In this document: positions 47,009 through 57,394 of the stretch, one piece after another
How the letters are laid out: each line of letters starts with the position of its first letter
How positions within the stretch are numbered: the first letter of the stretch is position 1
Assembly: GCA_050948905.1 (NCBI GenBank)
Contig: JBMNES010000001.1
Location: forward strand, 2,592,083-2,656,082
Source of the DNA: Armatimonadota bacterium
GTDB lineage: Bacteria; Armatimonadota; UBA5829
DNA length: 64,000 nucleotides
Direction: 5' to 3'
Position numbers and translations under genes: made by a program
The notes under the pieces: model-generated
Seen by the model: the letters and a program-made list of their open reading frames with translations, nothing else
Told to the model about the DNA's origin: nothing
Database searches by the model: none

Positions 47009-48013
47009 TTAACTTTCGGTATTCAGTGCCGGCTGTTGTGTCTGCTCTTCTTTAGCCAGCACGCCTTTTAGTGAGGCTATCGCAACCTCAATCATCTCGT
47101 CGTCAGGTTCGCGGGTTGTGATTTTCTGCATCAACAATCCAGGCAGCAGGGTCAGCTTTGTAAAGAGAGATTCCTTGCAGTTGCCGGCCATCCGAATTAT
47201 CTCATACGATATCCCAGCCACAAACGGCAGCAGCGCCAGTTTGTAACCCCAGCGAATAAACGAACTCAATATTCTCATCGAGCCCTGGTGCTGGGTCAGG
47301 CTGCCATAAGGCAAATGATCCGCCACCAGCATAAATACGATTATCCCGGTAATCAGCACAACGAGTATGAAACTCGTGCCGCAACGTACATGGGCTTTAG
47401 TATATCGCCGCACGTTTTCCACGGTCAAATCGACGCCCGCTTCATAGGCGTTTATCGTCTTATGCTCTGCACCGTGATATTGAAATACCCTTCGGACATC
47501 TTTCAGAGCAGAGATAGCTGCCACATACGCCACAAATAGTGCAACTTTTATGACACCCTCAATCGCGGTTAGTTGCCACGCGACGCCAATGTGCCGGTTG
47601 AGCAGCTTTGTGAGAAGAATCGGGACAAAGAAGAACAACGCGACTCCTCCCAACAGCCCAAGAACCATCATAGCGCCAACGGTGACATCGTTGACCGCCT
47701 TGGGTTGGTCGGAACTCGCCTCGCCTCTTTTTTCCTGCTCTTCGGCGGCGATATCTTTCATCGCAATGTCGGTGGCGTATTTAAGTGCTTTTATGCCCAG
47801 CGCCATCGCATCTATCAGAACCAACGTGCCGCGTAGAAAAGGCTTTTTCAGCCACGCGAGCTTGGAGAACATAGATTCCACATTTTCGACCGTAGAGACG
47901 ATCTCTCCGTTTGCCCGCCTCACTGCGACTGCGAAATCGTTTGGCCCGCGCATCATAACGCCTTCGATTACAGCCTGGCCACCATAATGAAACTCCGGTT
48001 TCTTATCTGCCAA
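47009..48013 (-). CDS. DUF1385 (YqhQ-like) membrane protein
   Basis: 334 aa; YGGQAVIEGVMMRGP N-terminal block typical of DUF1385; conserved position next to prfA. Confidence 0.65.
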   Translation of the reverse strand: MADKKPEFHYGGQAVIEGVMMRGPNDFAVAVRRANGEIVSTVENVESMFSKLAWLKKPFLRGTLVLIDAMALGIKALKYATDIAMKDIAAEEQEKRGEASSDQPKAVNDVTVGAMMVLGLLGGVALFFFVPILLTKLLNRHIGVAWQLTAIEGVIKVALFVAYVAAISALKDVRRVFQYHGAEHKTINAYEAGVDLTVENVRRYTKAHVRCGTSFILVVLITGIIVFMLVADHLPYGSLTQHQGSMRILSSFIRWGYKLALLPFVAGISYEIIRMAGNCKESLFTKLTLLPGLLMQKITTREPDDEMIEVAIASLKGVLAKEEQTQQPALNTES

Positions 48014-48060
48014 TTTTAAACCCTCAAACAGGCCGGCGCCTATAACATAATCGAACCCGA

Positions 48061-48112
48061 CAAAAACAAAGGAAGCAGTTCACGACCGCCAAGGCCGCCG
48101 CACCGCTTCCCA
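48061..48112 (-). terminator. candidate rho-independent terminator after rpmE
   Basis: Minus strand GGAAGCGGUGCGGCGGCC...GCUUCC imperfect hairpin followed by UUUGUUUUUGU. Confidence 0.4.
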
Positions 48113-48133
48113 AAAATCGATCAAAACTGCCTG

Positions 48134-48352
48134 CTACTGCTCGTCTTTCTTATCCTTCATACCATATTTAGCCAGGAATTTCTCCACTCGGCCTTCAGTA
48201 TCGAGGATCTTCTGCTTGCCAGTATAAAACGGGTGGCAAGCGGAGCAGATTTCCACGCGGATATCGCTAGCTGTAGATCTGGTCTCGAATGTATTTCCAC
48301 AAGCGCAAGTTACTTGCGTCTTCTCGTATTTCGGATGGATACCTGCCTTCAT
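48134..48352 (-). CDS. rpmE: 50S ribosomal protein L31 (zinc-binding type A)
   Basis: [28 protein letters not shown]...[10 protein letters not shown]; ORF extends to 48427 but conserved N-terminus begins at internal Met. Confidence 0.9.
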   Translation of the reverse strand: MKAGIHPKYEKTQVTCACGNTFETRSTASDIRVEICSACHPFYTGKQKILDTEGRVEKFLAKYGMKDKKDEQ

Positions 48353-48598
48353 TAGTTCACCTTTCACGACGCTTTTCTTGAAATTATTATACCATAACCT
48401 GTCACAAGCTCGCAACCACGACTGCACCGTTTTGCCCGGCCGAACTGCCGTTGCTGTAACAGATATACAAAATAACCACTCCAGCTATTCTATCTGTATA
48501 TTATACAAGCTGCGCGCACATATTCCAACCGATGAAGGGATGACTGTATGATGCGTACAATTTCTGTACTGATACCGCTTGCCGGGAGGAAGAATAAT

Positions 48599-50140
48599 AT
48601 GTCGTATCTGAGATTGATTTGCTATTTGATGATAGCAGTCTATGCTACAGGAGGTATTGCAGTGGCAAGTTCGCCAACATATCAACTATGGCCAGCAAGC
48701 TCAATGTCCAAGATCTTGCCTGACCAGACAAAACCCAGGGATGCTTCAGACGAAATTACGCTTTATGCCGCAAAAGGTGAGCGGGAATCCGCACAGTTGA
48801 TAATTGCGGCCGGAAATGAGCCTCTGAAAAACGTGCAGGTAAGTCTAGGCTCGCTGAGCGGCCCAGGTGGCGCCCTGACTCAGATTGAGTTGTGCAGGGT
48901 CGCTTACATAGAGCTGCCGAATCTCAAAAAAATTGCTCCCGATCCGCTCCCTCCGGCGACTCTGTTCGACGTAGAGGCGAATACTAATCAGCCGATTTGG
49001 ATCACTATTACTGTGCCACACAACGCTGAACCTGGTGAATATTCCGGCCATTTGCTGGTAAAGCCAGCCAACGCAGCGGAAAAACGGATGCCGATTCGGC
49101 TTAAGGTATGGAATTTCGCTCTGCCAGATGGTCCAAGCCACGTGACGGCATTTGGGCTTAATCAGCAGTGGATTGCTCAGCAGCACGGGGTGGAAAACGA
49201 CAGCGCAGCCGCTAAGAGGCTTTACGCAAAATACTACGATTTCCTGGTTGATCATTGGGTCAGCCCATATAACCTGCCAGTAGACGTGACCTCAGAGCGG
49301 GCCAGTCGGTATATCAAGGACCCGAAGGTAACGAGTTTCACGATTCCATATAGCGACGATGTTGAGCAGATTCGCAAGTCTGTTGAGTCTCTGCGTTCAC
49401 GAGGCCTGCTCGATAAGGGATATTTCTATCCGATCGACGAGCCGTTCACCGAAGACGCTTATAAGCGGCTCTATGAAGTCTGCGATAAGATACACTCAAT
49501 CGATCCGAAGCTTCGGATTGTAATACCATATTTCAGAGACCCGGACTTTGACGCGGGTGGCAAGACTATTCACGAACTCGCAGATGGCAAACTCAACATC
49601 TGGTGCCCTAATATAGACTATTTCAACAGCAACAAAGAACGCCTGTACGCCAAACTCGCGCTCGGCGAGGAGTTTTGGTGGTATGTATGCTGCGGGCCAG
49701 GCTCGCCGTTCCCCAATTATTTCCTTGACATGGATGGGATTAGCCACAGGGTGCTGCCTTCGATGGGATGGGCCTACAAATGCCAGGGGCTTCTATATTG
49801 GAGCACAACCTGGTGGAGCGACAGCGGACAGGGTACCACCGATCCCTGGACTGATATGGCTACGGTCAAGGATATCAACAAGGACCTCTACGGCGACGGC
49901 TCGTTGCTGTATCCAGGCAAGAAAGTTGGGGTAGATGGGCCGGTCAGCTCGATTCGGCTTGAGCTGCTGCGCGAGGGTCTCGAGGATCACGAATATCTGG
50001 TTCTGCTTGAAAAGAAACTCGGGCGTTCAGCGGTCGAGAAACTGGTCTCCAAGCTCATTACCGCACCCAATGACTTCAATCGAGATGTGAAGGAATGGGA
50101 AAAGGTAAGGATACAGATTGGTGAGGAACTCAGTAAGTAG
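48599..50140 (+). CDS. secreted hypothetical protein, DUF4091-like (glycoside-hydrolase-like)
   Basis: ORF from 48548; signal peptide MSYLRLICYLMIAVYATGGIAVASS from internal Met; C-terminal LLYWSTTWW...GDGSLLYPG block recalled from DUF4091 family. Confidence 0.45.
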   Translation: MSYLRLICYLMIAVYATGGIAVASSPTYQLWPASSMSKILPDQTKPRDASDEITLYAAKGERESAQLIIAAGNEPLKNVQVSLGSLSGPGGALTQIELCRVAYIELPNLKKIAPDPLPPATLFDVEANTNQPIWITITVPHNAEPGEYSGHLLVKPANAAEKRMPIRLKVWNFALPDGPSHVTAFGLNQQWIAQQHGVENDSAAAKRLYAKYYDFLVDHWVSPYNLPVDVTSERASRYIKDPKVTSFTIPYSDDVEQIRKSVESLRSRGLLDKGYFYPIDEPFTEDAYKRLYEVCDKIHSIDPKLRIVIPYFRDPDFDAGGKTIHELADGKLNIWCPNIDYFNSNKERLYAKLALGEEFWWYVCCGPGSPFPNYFLDMDGISHRVLPSMGWAYKCQGLLYWSTTWWSDSGQGTTDPWTDMATVKDINKDLYGDGSLLYPGKKVGVDGPVSSIRLELLREGLEDHEYLVLLEKKLGRSAVEKLVSKLITAPNDFNRDVKEWEKVRIQIGEELSK

Positions 50141-50164
50141 ACTCTGAGACAGCTCTAATGTCAG

Positions 50165-50191
50165 AAACGCCCCGTTTAAGGCGGGGCGTTT
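50165..50191. terminator. bidirectional rho-independent terminator between convergent genes
   Basis: AAACGCCCCG-TTTAAGG-CGGGGCGTTT perfect 10-bp GC-rich stem flanked by A/T runs, between 50140 (plus gene stop) and 50230 (clpC stop). Confidence 0.55.
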
Positions 50192-50229
50192 CCGTTCTAG
50201 TGCTCACTACGCGATGAGTGGGCTGCTTA

Positions 50230-52695
50230 TCATGTCGATTGCGATTCCACCGGCAGGGTTCGCAGATCGGCTTCCTTCGTGAAGAAGACTTTGCCATCCT
50301 CGATTTCTGCACGGATCGTATCGCCAACGGTGAACCTGCCGAGAAGAACCTCCTCGGACAACGGATCCTCTATCAGCCGCTGCACCGCTCTTCGCAGAGG
50401 CCTCGCGCCGAACTGTGGGTCGAAGCCTTCCTGTGCCAGCAGTTCTCTTACCGGCTGCGTTACCTCGAGCTCCATACCCTGAGTCGTCACCTGCTGCCTT
50501 ACTCTATCCAGCATCAGATCAACGATCTGCAGAATCTCATCCCTGGTCAACTGATGGAAGACTATTGTCTCATCCACCCTGTTGAGGAACTCCGGTCTGA
50601 AGGTCCGCTTCATTTCGTCCATTATGCGGTTCTTCATACTCTCGTAGTTCACATTCGCTTCTTCCGTATCAGTGCCCCGGAAACCGATGCCGGCTCCACT
50701 TTGGATAGCCTGCGCACCCAGGTTCGAGGTCATTATGATTACAGAGTTCTTGAAGTCGACTATGCGACCCTGCGAATCAGTCAGCCGACCGTCCTCCATA
50801 ACCTGGAGCAGAATGTTGAACACATCCGGGTGCGCTTTCTCGATCTCGTCGAGCAGGATCACCGAGTACGGTCTCCTGCGCACAGCCTCCGTCAGCTGGC
50901 CGCCTTCGTCATAGCCGACATACCCAGGAGGCGCACCGACCAGTCTCGACACCGCGAAGCGCTCCATATATTCGGACATATCAATGCGTATCAGCGCATC
51001 TTCCGACTCGAACAAGAACGCCGCCAAAGCCCTCGCAAGCTCCGTTTTTCCAACGCCAGTAGGGCCCAGGAATATGAAGCTGCCCATCGGCCTCTTCGGG
51101 TCTTTCAGACCAGACCGCGCTCGTCTCACAGCCTTGGAAATGGCTACAATGGCCTCATGTTGACCGATGACTCTGCCGTGCAGAACATCCTCCATTTTCA
51201 GCAGTTTAGCCGATTCCCCTTCGACCAATCTGGACACCGGAATGCCAGTCCACGAGTAGACTATCTGAGCGATCTCATCCTCTCCGACGATTCTAGGCTC
51301 GTTTTCACGCTCTTCCTGCCAGGTCTTATCCAAAGTGGCGACCTTCTCAGAAAGATCGTGTTCCTTTGCACGGAGTTCCGCCGCCAAGTCGTAGTTAGAG
51401 CCGCTCGGAATAGAGTTCAGCTCGGCCTGTACACGTCCGAGTTCCTGCTTGGCGCTTCTCAGTTCCGCTGGCGGCATCGCCAGCTTTAGCCTCACCCGTG
51501 AAGCCGCTTCGTCTATAAGGTCGATAGCCTTATCCGGCAGCGATCTATCGGTGATGTATCTATCAGAAAGCTGCGCCGCAGATATAAGCGCGCTATCGTC
51601 GATATTCACGCTGTGGTGCTTTTCGTAACGATCCCGCAGGCCCTTGAGGATCTCAATTGTCTCCTCGGTGCTGGGCTGTCGAACCTGCACGGGCTGGAAC
51701 CTGCGCTCAAGTGCCGCGTCGCGTTCGATGTATTTGCGGAACTCGTCCATAGTTGTCGCGCCAATGCACTGCAATTCGCCGCGTGCAAGAGCGGGTTTAA
51801 GTATATTGGACGCATCAATAGCGCCCTCCGCTGCCCCGGCTCCGACCAGCGTGTGCAGCTCGTCTATGAACAATATCACTTCGCCAGCGGCCTTGCGGAC
51901 CTCGTCCATCACCCGCTTCATCCGCTCCTCAAACTCGCCGCGATATTTGGTGCCAGCCACCAATCCCGCCAAATCCAGGGCCACGATGCGCTTTTCCCTC
52001 AGCATCTCCGGTGTATCACCGGATATGATGCGCTGCGCCAACCCTTCGGCGATAGCAGTCTTGCCGACTCCCGGCTCACCTATCAGACAGGGATTGTTTT
52101 TGGTCCTGCGCGACAGAATCTGCATCACCCGTTCGATCTCGTTGTCACGGCCGATGCACGGGTCGAGTTTGTCTTGCCTGGCAAGCTCTGTGTAGTCTCT
52201 GCCAAATTCATCAAGCGTGGGGGTTTTGGAACGCGTGCGGGCGGTCGGAGCAGCAGTGGTCTCCCCATCCTGCAGGCTCGTAACCTCTCGCCGAGTGCGT
52301 TCGAGGTCCACTCCCAGCTTTTGCAGCACTCTGCCCGCCAGCCCCTCACCCTCGCGGATAAGGCCCAACAGCAGGTGTTCGGTGCCGATATAGTTGTTAT
52401 TTAAAGTGCGCGCTTCGTCATAAGCGAGGTCAATCACCCTCTTCGCCCTGGGAGTAAGCTGCATATCCTGGCCGAGACGACCGTCACCACGTGTGACCTG
52501 TCGTTCGATCTCGGATCGGATTCTGCCGAGGCTGACGCCCATGCGATCCAGTATCCTCGCCGCCACACTGTCATTTTCACGAACCAGGCCCAACAGCAGA
52601 TGCTCTGTGGAGACGTAATTCTCCCCCAGACGCCCCGCTTCTTCCTGTGCGAAAAAGACAACTCTTCGCGCACGTTCAGTGAACCTTTGCCACAT
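50230..52695 (-). CDS. clpC: ATP-dependent Clp protease ATP-binding subunit ClpC
   Basis: 821 aa; double Clp_N repeat ([11 protein letters not shown] twice), two AAA+ modules ([16 protein letters not shown]), UVR-like linker. Confidence 0.95.
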   Translation of the reverse strand: MWQRFTERARRVVFFAQEEAGRLGENYVSTEHLLLGLVRENDSVAARILDRMGVSLGRIRSEIERQVTRGDGRLGQDMQLTPRAKRVIDLAYDEARTLNNNYIGTEHLLLGLIREGEGLAGRVLQKLGVDLERTRREVTSLQDGETTAAPTARTRSKTPTLDEFGRDYTELARQDKLDPCIGRDNEIERVMQILSRRTKNNPCLIGEPGVGKTAIAEGLAQRIISGDTPEMLREKRIVALDLAGLVAGTKYRGEFEERMKRVMDEVRKAAGEVILFIDELHTLVGAGAAEGAIDASNILKPALARGELQCIGATTMDEFRKYIERDAALERRFQPVQVRQPSTEETIEILKGLRDRYEKHHSVNIDDSALISAAQLSDRYITDRSLPDKAIDLIDEAASRVRLKLAMPPAELRSAKQELGRVQAELNSIPSGSNYDLAAELRAKEHDLSEKVATLDKTWQEERENEPRIVGEDEIAQIVYSWTGIPVSRLVEGESAKLLKMEDVLHGRVIGQHEAIVAISKAVRRARSGLKDPKRPMGSFIFLGPTGVGKTELARALAAFLFESEDALIRIDMSEYMERFAVSRLVGAPPGYVGYDEGGQLTEAVRRRPYSVILLDEIEKAHPDVFNILLQVMEDGRLTDSQGRIVDFKNSVIIMTSNLGAQAIQSGAGIGFRGTDTEEANVNYESMKNRIMDEMKRTFRPEFLNRVDETIVFHQLTRDEILQIVDLMLDRVRQQVTTQGMELEVTQPVRELLAQEGFDPQFGARPLRRAVQRLIEDPLSEEVLLGRFTVGDTIRAEIEDGKVFFTKEADLRTLPVESQST

Positions 52696-52781
52696 TCTCA
52701 GTTCCCCCCTTTGCTTGTAGGATAGGTCAATATTAAGACGCCAATAACGGCGATCAGGTTCATTGTTGTGTTATACCCCAG

Positions 52782-53816
52782 CTAACCCGCATTAAAGCCG
52801 GTTAGTTCGTTTCGCAATAATTCCGCACGCTCAATCCCCGCGCGGATTCCATCGCTCACGTTGACCCGCATCCCAACCAATAGCTGGTTCAGCAGTCTCG
52901 GTGAGCAATCCTTTATAAGTCCAGTCGATGCCGCTAATCTGACCGGCGACATCAGTGTTATCGCTTTTTCAGAAGATATCGATCGCGAGTGTCTTAAGAC
53001 TTCAAGAGCTTTGTTCGCCTGATCCACCAGACGATCTCGCTGCTCAGCCACAAGTTCCTCGCGCGCGGTTCTCTCCTCCCTCAGTAGATATTGTGCCACT
53101 GAGTCGACTCTTTGCACTATTTCTCTTTCACTAAAACCAAGCGTAATCTCGTTTGAGACCTGATAAAAGTCTCCCACGGGCAGGCTGGCTTCTCCGAACA
53201 GCCCACGCACCGAGACTCCCAAGTCGTAAGCAGCCCGCAACTGCGAGACTATTCGATTCTTCCAGGCCAATCCTACAAGATGCATCATTGCGCTTATTCT
53301 GAGCCCCGTACCAACATTTGACACGTCAGCAGTCAAATATCCATACTCACTGGAATATCCAAACCGCAAATCAGCAGACAAAACGTCGTCTGCCCAATCG
53401 GCCATCTCCCAAACCTCTTCGGCGACCAATCCGGATTTTATCACCTGAATTCTAAGATGATCCTCCTCATTTACCATTATAGACAGTATTCCCGCTGGCT
53501 CCAGTAAAACCGCGGTTCCCGGCCGATCTTCGGTCTGTTCGTAGCTAATAAGATGCGCATCGAGCAGATAATCCTTGCGATCGGCGTCCATCCTGTCCAT
53601 AGCGATCATCTTCAGACCAGGAAAGCGATTTGTAAGCCCCACCGAGGCTCCTTTCACTTCCTGAACCACCATCTTCGAATCTTCCCCGGACAATCGAGAG
53701 GGAAACGGATATGCCGCCAGACTCCTGGCGAGTCTTGCGCGCGTTGAAATCACTACATCGGATTCGGGGCCTTCTCCCAATATCCATTCGGGGGCGTTTT
53801 TGTTGTAGAGCATCAT
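52782..53816 (-). CDS. mcsB: protein arginine kinase (ATP:guanido phosphotransferase)
   Basis: 344 aa; phosphagen-kinase-like catalytic domain; positioned mcsA-mcsB-clpC. Confidence 0.85.
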   Translation of the reverse strand: MMLYNKNAPEWILGEGPESDVVISTRARLARSLAAYPFPSRLSGEDSKMVVQEVKGASVGLTNRFPGLKMIAMDRMDADRKDYLLDAHLISYEQTEDRPGTAVLLEPAGILSIMVNEEDHLRIQVIKSGLVAEEVWEMADWADDVLSADLRFGYSSEYGYLTADVSNVGTGLRISAMMHLVGLAWKNRIVSQLRAAYDLGVSVRGLFGEASLPVGDFYQVSNEITLGFSEREIVQRVDSVAQYLLREERTAREELVAEQRDRLVDQANKALEVLRHSRSISSEKAITLMSPVRLAASTGLIKDCSPRLLNQLLVGMRVNVSDGIRAGIERAELLRNELTGFNAG

Positions 53817-54175
53817 CTCAATGGCGCCTTACCGAGGTGGCGGGCCTGACCCTGCGCTCTTTTGATAGACCGCCTGATCTCATCTGAGAAGCGCGAGTAG
53901 CACCCACAACAACCCGGCCTGCCGTCAGCGATAATATCCGCTATAGTGCAGCCGCACACCCGGCAGCCATAACCCGGTTTATCAGCGAGAGTTTCCTCTT
54001 CGACTCGCGTCATCACACGCTCGAAATCGAAGCCTGTGCCTGCATACAGCTTTGCCCGCTCACTGGCGCACTCGGAGCACACAAATGTTCGGTCAATGCC
54101 GTCAGGCCGGCGGCGAAGCACGATCATCTCCGCCCTCCGGCTTGAACAGATCTCGCACAAAGAAAGGTCAGTCAT
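53813..54175 (-). CDS. mcsA: McsA-like activator of protein arginine kinase (zinc-finger/UVR motif protein)
   Basis: 120 aa; CEICSS...CSECA and CRVCGCT...CCGCY paired Cys clusters; ATGA overlap with mcsB. Confidence 0.75.
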   Translation of the reverse strand: MTDLSLCEICSSRRAEMIVLRRRPDGIDRTFVCSECASERAKLYAGTGFDFERVMTRVEEETLADKPGYGCRVCGCTIADIIADGRPGCCGCYSRFSDEIRRSIKRAQGQARHLGKAPLR

Positions 54176-54191
54176 CTTACACGGATGCCTG

Positions 54192-55055
54192 TTACTGTTT
54201 TGCTATATAAGCGTGAAACGCCTTAATCAGCTTGTTTGTGATTTCGCCAGGTTTGCCGTCGGCAATTGATCTCGCGTCCAACTCGACCATCGGAATAACC
54301 TCGGCGGCAGTTCCTGTAAGAAACGCCTCGTCGGCGGTATATAAATCGAACCGGGTGAACACCTTCTCGACCACCTCTACTCCCATCTCGCGGAGCAGAT
54401 CCATCACCGTCTGTCTAGTGATGCCTTCGAGGATTCCGAGATACGCCGGCGGAGTATATACCACACCGTCCTTTGCGTAAAAGATGTTGTCTCCCGTGCA
54501 TTCGGCCACATATCCGTCCTCGGTGAGCATCAGGCCTTCGCCCGCACCAACCTGATTAGCCTCGATCTTAGCCTGAATGTTGCACAAATATTTGCCAAGC
54601 GATTTGATCCTGGGCTCCAGCACCTGCGGGTTTGCAACACGAGTCGCCACAGTGACGACCGCCAGCCCCTGCTCGTACATTGACTGCGGGTAAAGGGACA
54701 GCTTATCGGTCGAGATCGCGACAGTCGGGTCTCCCTTAATGTTCTTCGGGTCCAGCCCCAATGTCACCCCGCGGCTGACTGTGACGCGGATATAGCCGTT
54801 GACGACCTCGTTCATCTTCATCAGCTTTTCAATGTTCGCCGCAAACTGCTCTCGCCCATAGGGCAGTTCAATCCACAACGCCTTCAGCGAGTTATACAGT
54901 CTATCGACATGCGCACTCAGCTTAAACGCCTTGCCGTTGTAACTTCGGATTCCTTCGAATGCTCCATCACCGTAGAGAAATCCATGATCGTAGATAGATA
55001 CTTTCGCACTCTCTGACGGCACAAACTCGCCGTTGAGGAATACCCATTTGTCCAT
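54192..55055 (-). CDS. ilvE: branched-chain amino acid aminotransferase (class IV PLP enzyme)
   Basis: MDKWVFLNGEFVPSESAKVSIYDHGFLYGDGAFEGIRSY canonical IlvE N-terminus from internal Met; ORF extends to 55127. Confidence 0.85.
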   Translation of the reverse strand: MDKWVFLNGEFVPSESAKVSIYDHGFLYGDGAFEGIRSYNGKAFKLSAHVDRLYNSLKALWIELPYGREQFAANIEKLMKMNEVVNGYIRVTVSRGVTLGLDPKNIKGDPTVAISTDKLSLYPQSMYEQGLAVVTVATRVANPQVLEPRIKSLGKYLCNIQAKIEANQVGAGEGLMLTEDGYVAECTGDNIFYAKDGVVYTPPAYLGILEGITRQTVMDLLREMGVEVVEKVFTRFDLYTADEAFLTGTAAEVIPMVELDARSIADGKPGEITNKLIKAFHAYIAKQ

Positions 55056-55258
55056 TAAAACAGCTCCCGTGAATAAAGTATAACATAAATCGAACTGCGT
55101 GATCAATCTCAGCAGTCCTTTCGACAAACCGAAGCCAACGGTACTATACGGCAGCGAAGCCGTAACAGATCATCTCCCCTCGCTGCTAACATCGCGTCAG
55201 GGGACAATTCAGCTACGGCAGCTGCCTTTCAATTTGTCAACAGCTTAAAAGGCGTCGA

Positions 55259-56221
55259 TCAGGCCCACCAAATCTCGCCGGCGTTCTCGCTGATGACCAC
55301 ATCTTTCAGGAAGGCCACAGCCTTCTGGAAGCCCTCATTGACCGACATCAGACTGTCCTCGTGCTCAATGGACAGCACGTGGTCGTAGCCCACCAGCTTC
55401 AGCGTGCTAACAATGTCTTTCCACGTCTGCGCGTCATGACCATAGCCAACCGTGCGGAAAATCCAGCTTCGTTTGGACTCTTCGAGATAAGAGGTGGTAT
55501 CGTTGCAGCCGTTTACAGCCGTATTAAGCGTGTCAATCTTGCAGTCCTTGGCATGAACGTGATAGATGGCATCACCCAGCTTGCGAATGGCCGCACAAAC
55601 GTCGACTCCGTTCCAGAACAAATGGCTGGGGTCGAAGTTGCAACCGATAGCATCGCCACAGGCCTCGCGAATTCTGAGCATTGAATCCACGTTATACACA
55701 CAAAAACCAGGATGCATCTCGAAAGCTACCCTGACGCCGTTATCTTTGAGAAACGCAGCCTGCTCTTTCCAGTATGGTATCAGACATTCGTTCCATTGCC
55801 ATTCGAGAATCTCAGCATAATCCGGCGGCCAAGCGCAGGTGACCCAGTTCGGTTTGGTCGCATTCGGGCCGTCTCCCGGACATCCGGAGAAGTTGATAAC
55901 GGTCTTAATGCCGAGCTCTTTTGCGAGTTGGACGGTTTTGCGGAATACTTCGTGATTCGATTTTGCGAACTCTTTGTTCGGATGCACCGGGTTGCCGTGG
56001 CACGACAGTGCGCTTATCTCCAGCCCTCTTGACGCCACCGCGTCGAGCAGTTTCTTCTGGGCGGCCTTGTTTCCCAGCAGTTCATCCGGATTACAATGCG
56101 CAGGGCCGGGATAGTTGCCTGTGCCAAGCTCCACCATTTCCACACCCGCAGCCGCGATATAATCCAGCGCCTCTTCAAGCGGCCTCTGGGCAAAAAGTAC
56201 TGTAAAAACTCCAACTTTCAT
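55259..56221 (-). CDS. sugar phosphate isomerase/epimerase (xylose isomerase-like TIM barrel)
   Basis: MKVGVFTVLF... from internal Met (ORF to 56350); TIM-barrel AP-endonuclease-2 family pattern. Confidence 0.6.
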   Translation of the reverse strand: MKVGVFTVLFAQRPLEEALDYIAAAGVEMVELGTGNYPGPAHCNPDELLGNKAAQKKLLDAVASRGLEISALSCHGNPVHPNKEFAKSNHEVFRKTVQLAKELGIKTVINFSGCPGDGPNATKPNWVTCAWPPDYAEILEWQWNECLIPYWKEQAAFLKDNGVRVAFEMHPGFCVYNVDSMLRIREACGDAIGCNFDPSHLFWNGVDVCAAIRKLGDAIYHVHAKDCKIDTLNTAVNGCNDTTSYLEESKRSWIFRTVGYGHDAQTWKDIVSTLKLVGYDHVLSIEHEDSLMSVNEGFQKAVAFLKDVVISENAGEIWWA

Positions 56222-56358
56222 AGCAGACCCTCCGTGTCCTGGCATGCATGCTCTATCGAACTTACGGGCATTATAGTAGCTTTGCGAAGTCATTTCAAGC
56301 ACCGTTGTGTTGTTAATTTGGCCCGCTGTCATAAAATGCGAACAATTCACTTATGGTC

Positions 56359-56387
56359 TTGTCAGGGTGGCTGCGGAGTGATATAAT
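56359..56387 (+). promoter_or_regulatory. sigma70-type promoter of tRNA-Ala
   Basis: TTGTCA-17nt-TATAAT, -10 ends 13 nt before tRNA 5' end. Confidence 0.5.
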
Positions 56388-56400
56388 TTAGCGGTGATAT

Positions 56401-56476
<76 letters not shown>

Positions 56477-56497
56477 TATTATGGACAATCTCAACGA

Positions 56498-56530
56498 CTC
56501 CCTGCGATATGCAGCGGGGTCTTTTCTTTT
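56498..56530 (+). terminator. candidate terminator after tRNA-Ala
   Basis: Imperfect hairpin CTCCCTGCG-ATAT-GCAGCGGGG followed by TCTTTTCTTTT. Confidence 0.4.
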
Positions 56531-56538
56531 CAGATGTA

Positions 56539-57036
56539 TTATCCCTCGCCGCCAGCGACTCTTATCCGGCGGAGGATTTCACCTAAAAGGGCTACTACCA
56601 GAATCCCGACTGCCAGATCGGCCACGTCTATCCACTTTCTTTGAAACCCGCCCATCGTTATCAGTAGCGTAGTTGCTGCGGCGGGGGCGTGGGCGGCCTT
56701 GAAAATCACCTGGCCTGCCAGAGTCAGTGTGACTGCAATTACCGAGGCCCACATTCTGCCGGGGCTGACGTGATGGATTACAAACACGGAGTCCGCACCG
56801 TTCAGGCCTAAGGCGATTATCGCGAAATATCCTGCTACAATTCCGACAAAATGCCCTACAAGAGTATTGTAGAGCTTGGACATACGAAGCGATGGGGCCT
56901 CTGCCTGTAAAAAAGCAGTCGGCCCCAGACTTGGAAACAACCACACCTGACCAGTAACGATCGCAAGCATCCCAGGCACCAGCATCAGTACCCCCGATAC
57001 CAGCGGTGCCCAGACTACATTGGGCAGGCGTTTCAC
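56539..57036 (-). CDS. HPP-family membrane protein (putative nitrite/anion transporter family)
   Basis: 165 aa, 4 TM; LGPTAFLQAEAP...LVGHFVGIVAG and AHAPAAATTLL resemble the HPP-family core (aHPPaGAT); 4-nt overlap with DUF488 gene. Confidence 0.5.
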   Translation of the reverse strand: MKRLPNVVWAPLVSGVLMLVPGMLAIVTGQVWLFPSLGPTAFLQAEAPSLRMSKLYNTLVGHFVGIVAGYFAIIALGLNGADSVFVIHHVSPGRMWASVIAVTLTLAGQVIFKAAHAPAAATTLLITMGGFQRKWIDVADLAVGILVVALLGEILRRIRVAGGEG

Positions 57037-57389
57037 GCCGCAGTCAGCGCGTGCTCAATGAAATCCTTGAGCACTACCGCGGCGTTGTGCTCCGTGTCAT
57101 GAGCAGAGTAGACAAATGTGACATCACCTTCAGCTACAATCTCCCGCAGCTTCTGCACGGGTTCAGGGTTGTGTTTCAGTTCCTCCCAATATCGACTCCG
57201 AAACTCCTCCCACTTTTCAGGGTCATGTCCAAACCACGTTCGCAGTTCCGGAGTCGGGGCGATGTCCTTGAGCCACAAATCTAAAGCGGCTCGCTCCTTG
57301 CTGATACCCCGGGGCCACAGTCGTTCGACCAGGACCCGTTTTCCATCCGACGGCTCCACCGGATCGTAGACTCGATGCAGTTTGATCAT
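57033..57389 (-). CDS. DUF488 (YeaO-like) protein
   Basis: 118 aa; RVLVERLWPRGISKERAALDLWLKDIAPTPELRTWFGHDPEKWEEF is the DUF488 consensus. Confidence 0.7.
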   Translation of the reverse strand: MIKLHRVYDPVEPSDGKRVLVERLWPRGISKERAALDLWLKDIAPTPELRTWFGHDPEKWEEFRSRYWEELKHNPEPVQKLREIVAEGDVTFVYSAHDTEHNAAVVLKDFIEHALTAA

Positions 57390-57394
57390 CTCGA

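Noticed and set aside
50218-51489. 423-aa plus-strand ORF (and 51613..52404, 263 aa) antisense to clpC
   Set aside because: Entirely inside the strongly supported clpC coding region on the opposite strand; Arg/His/Leu-rich low-complexity translation typical of antisense frames of GC-rich genes
54150-54200. GGTCAG near mcsA start as a possible CtsR half-site
   Set aside because: It is part of the mcsA coding sequence (ATGACTGACC = M T D) and there is no second GGTCAAA repeat
56579-56944. 121-aa minus-strand ORF in an alternative frame of the HPP-like gene
   Set aside because: Arg/Cys-rich nonsense composition; the 165-aa frame gives a coherent 4-TM HPP-like protein
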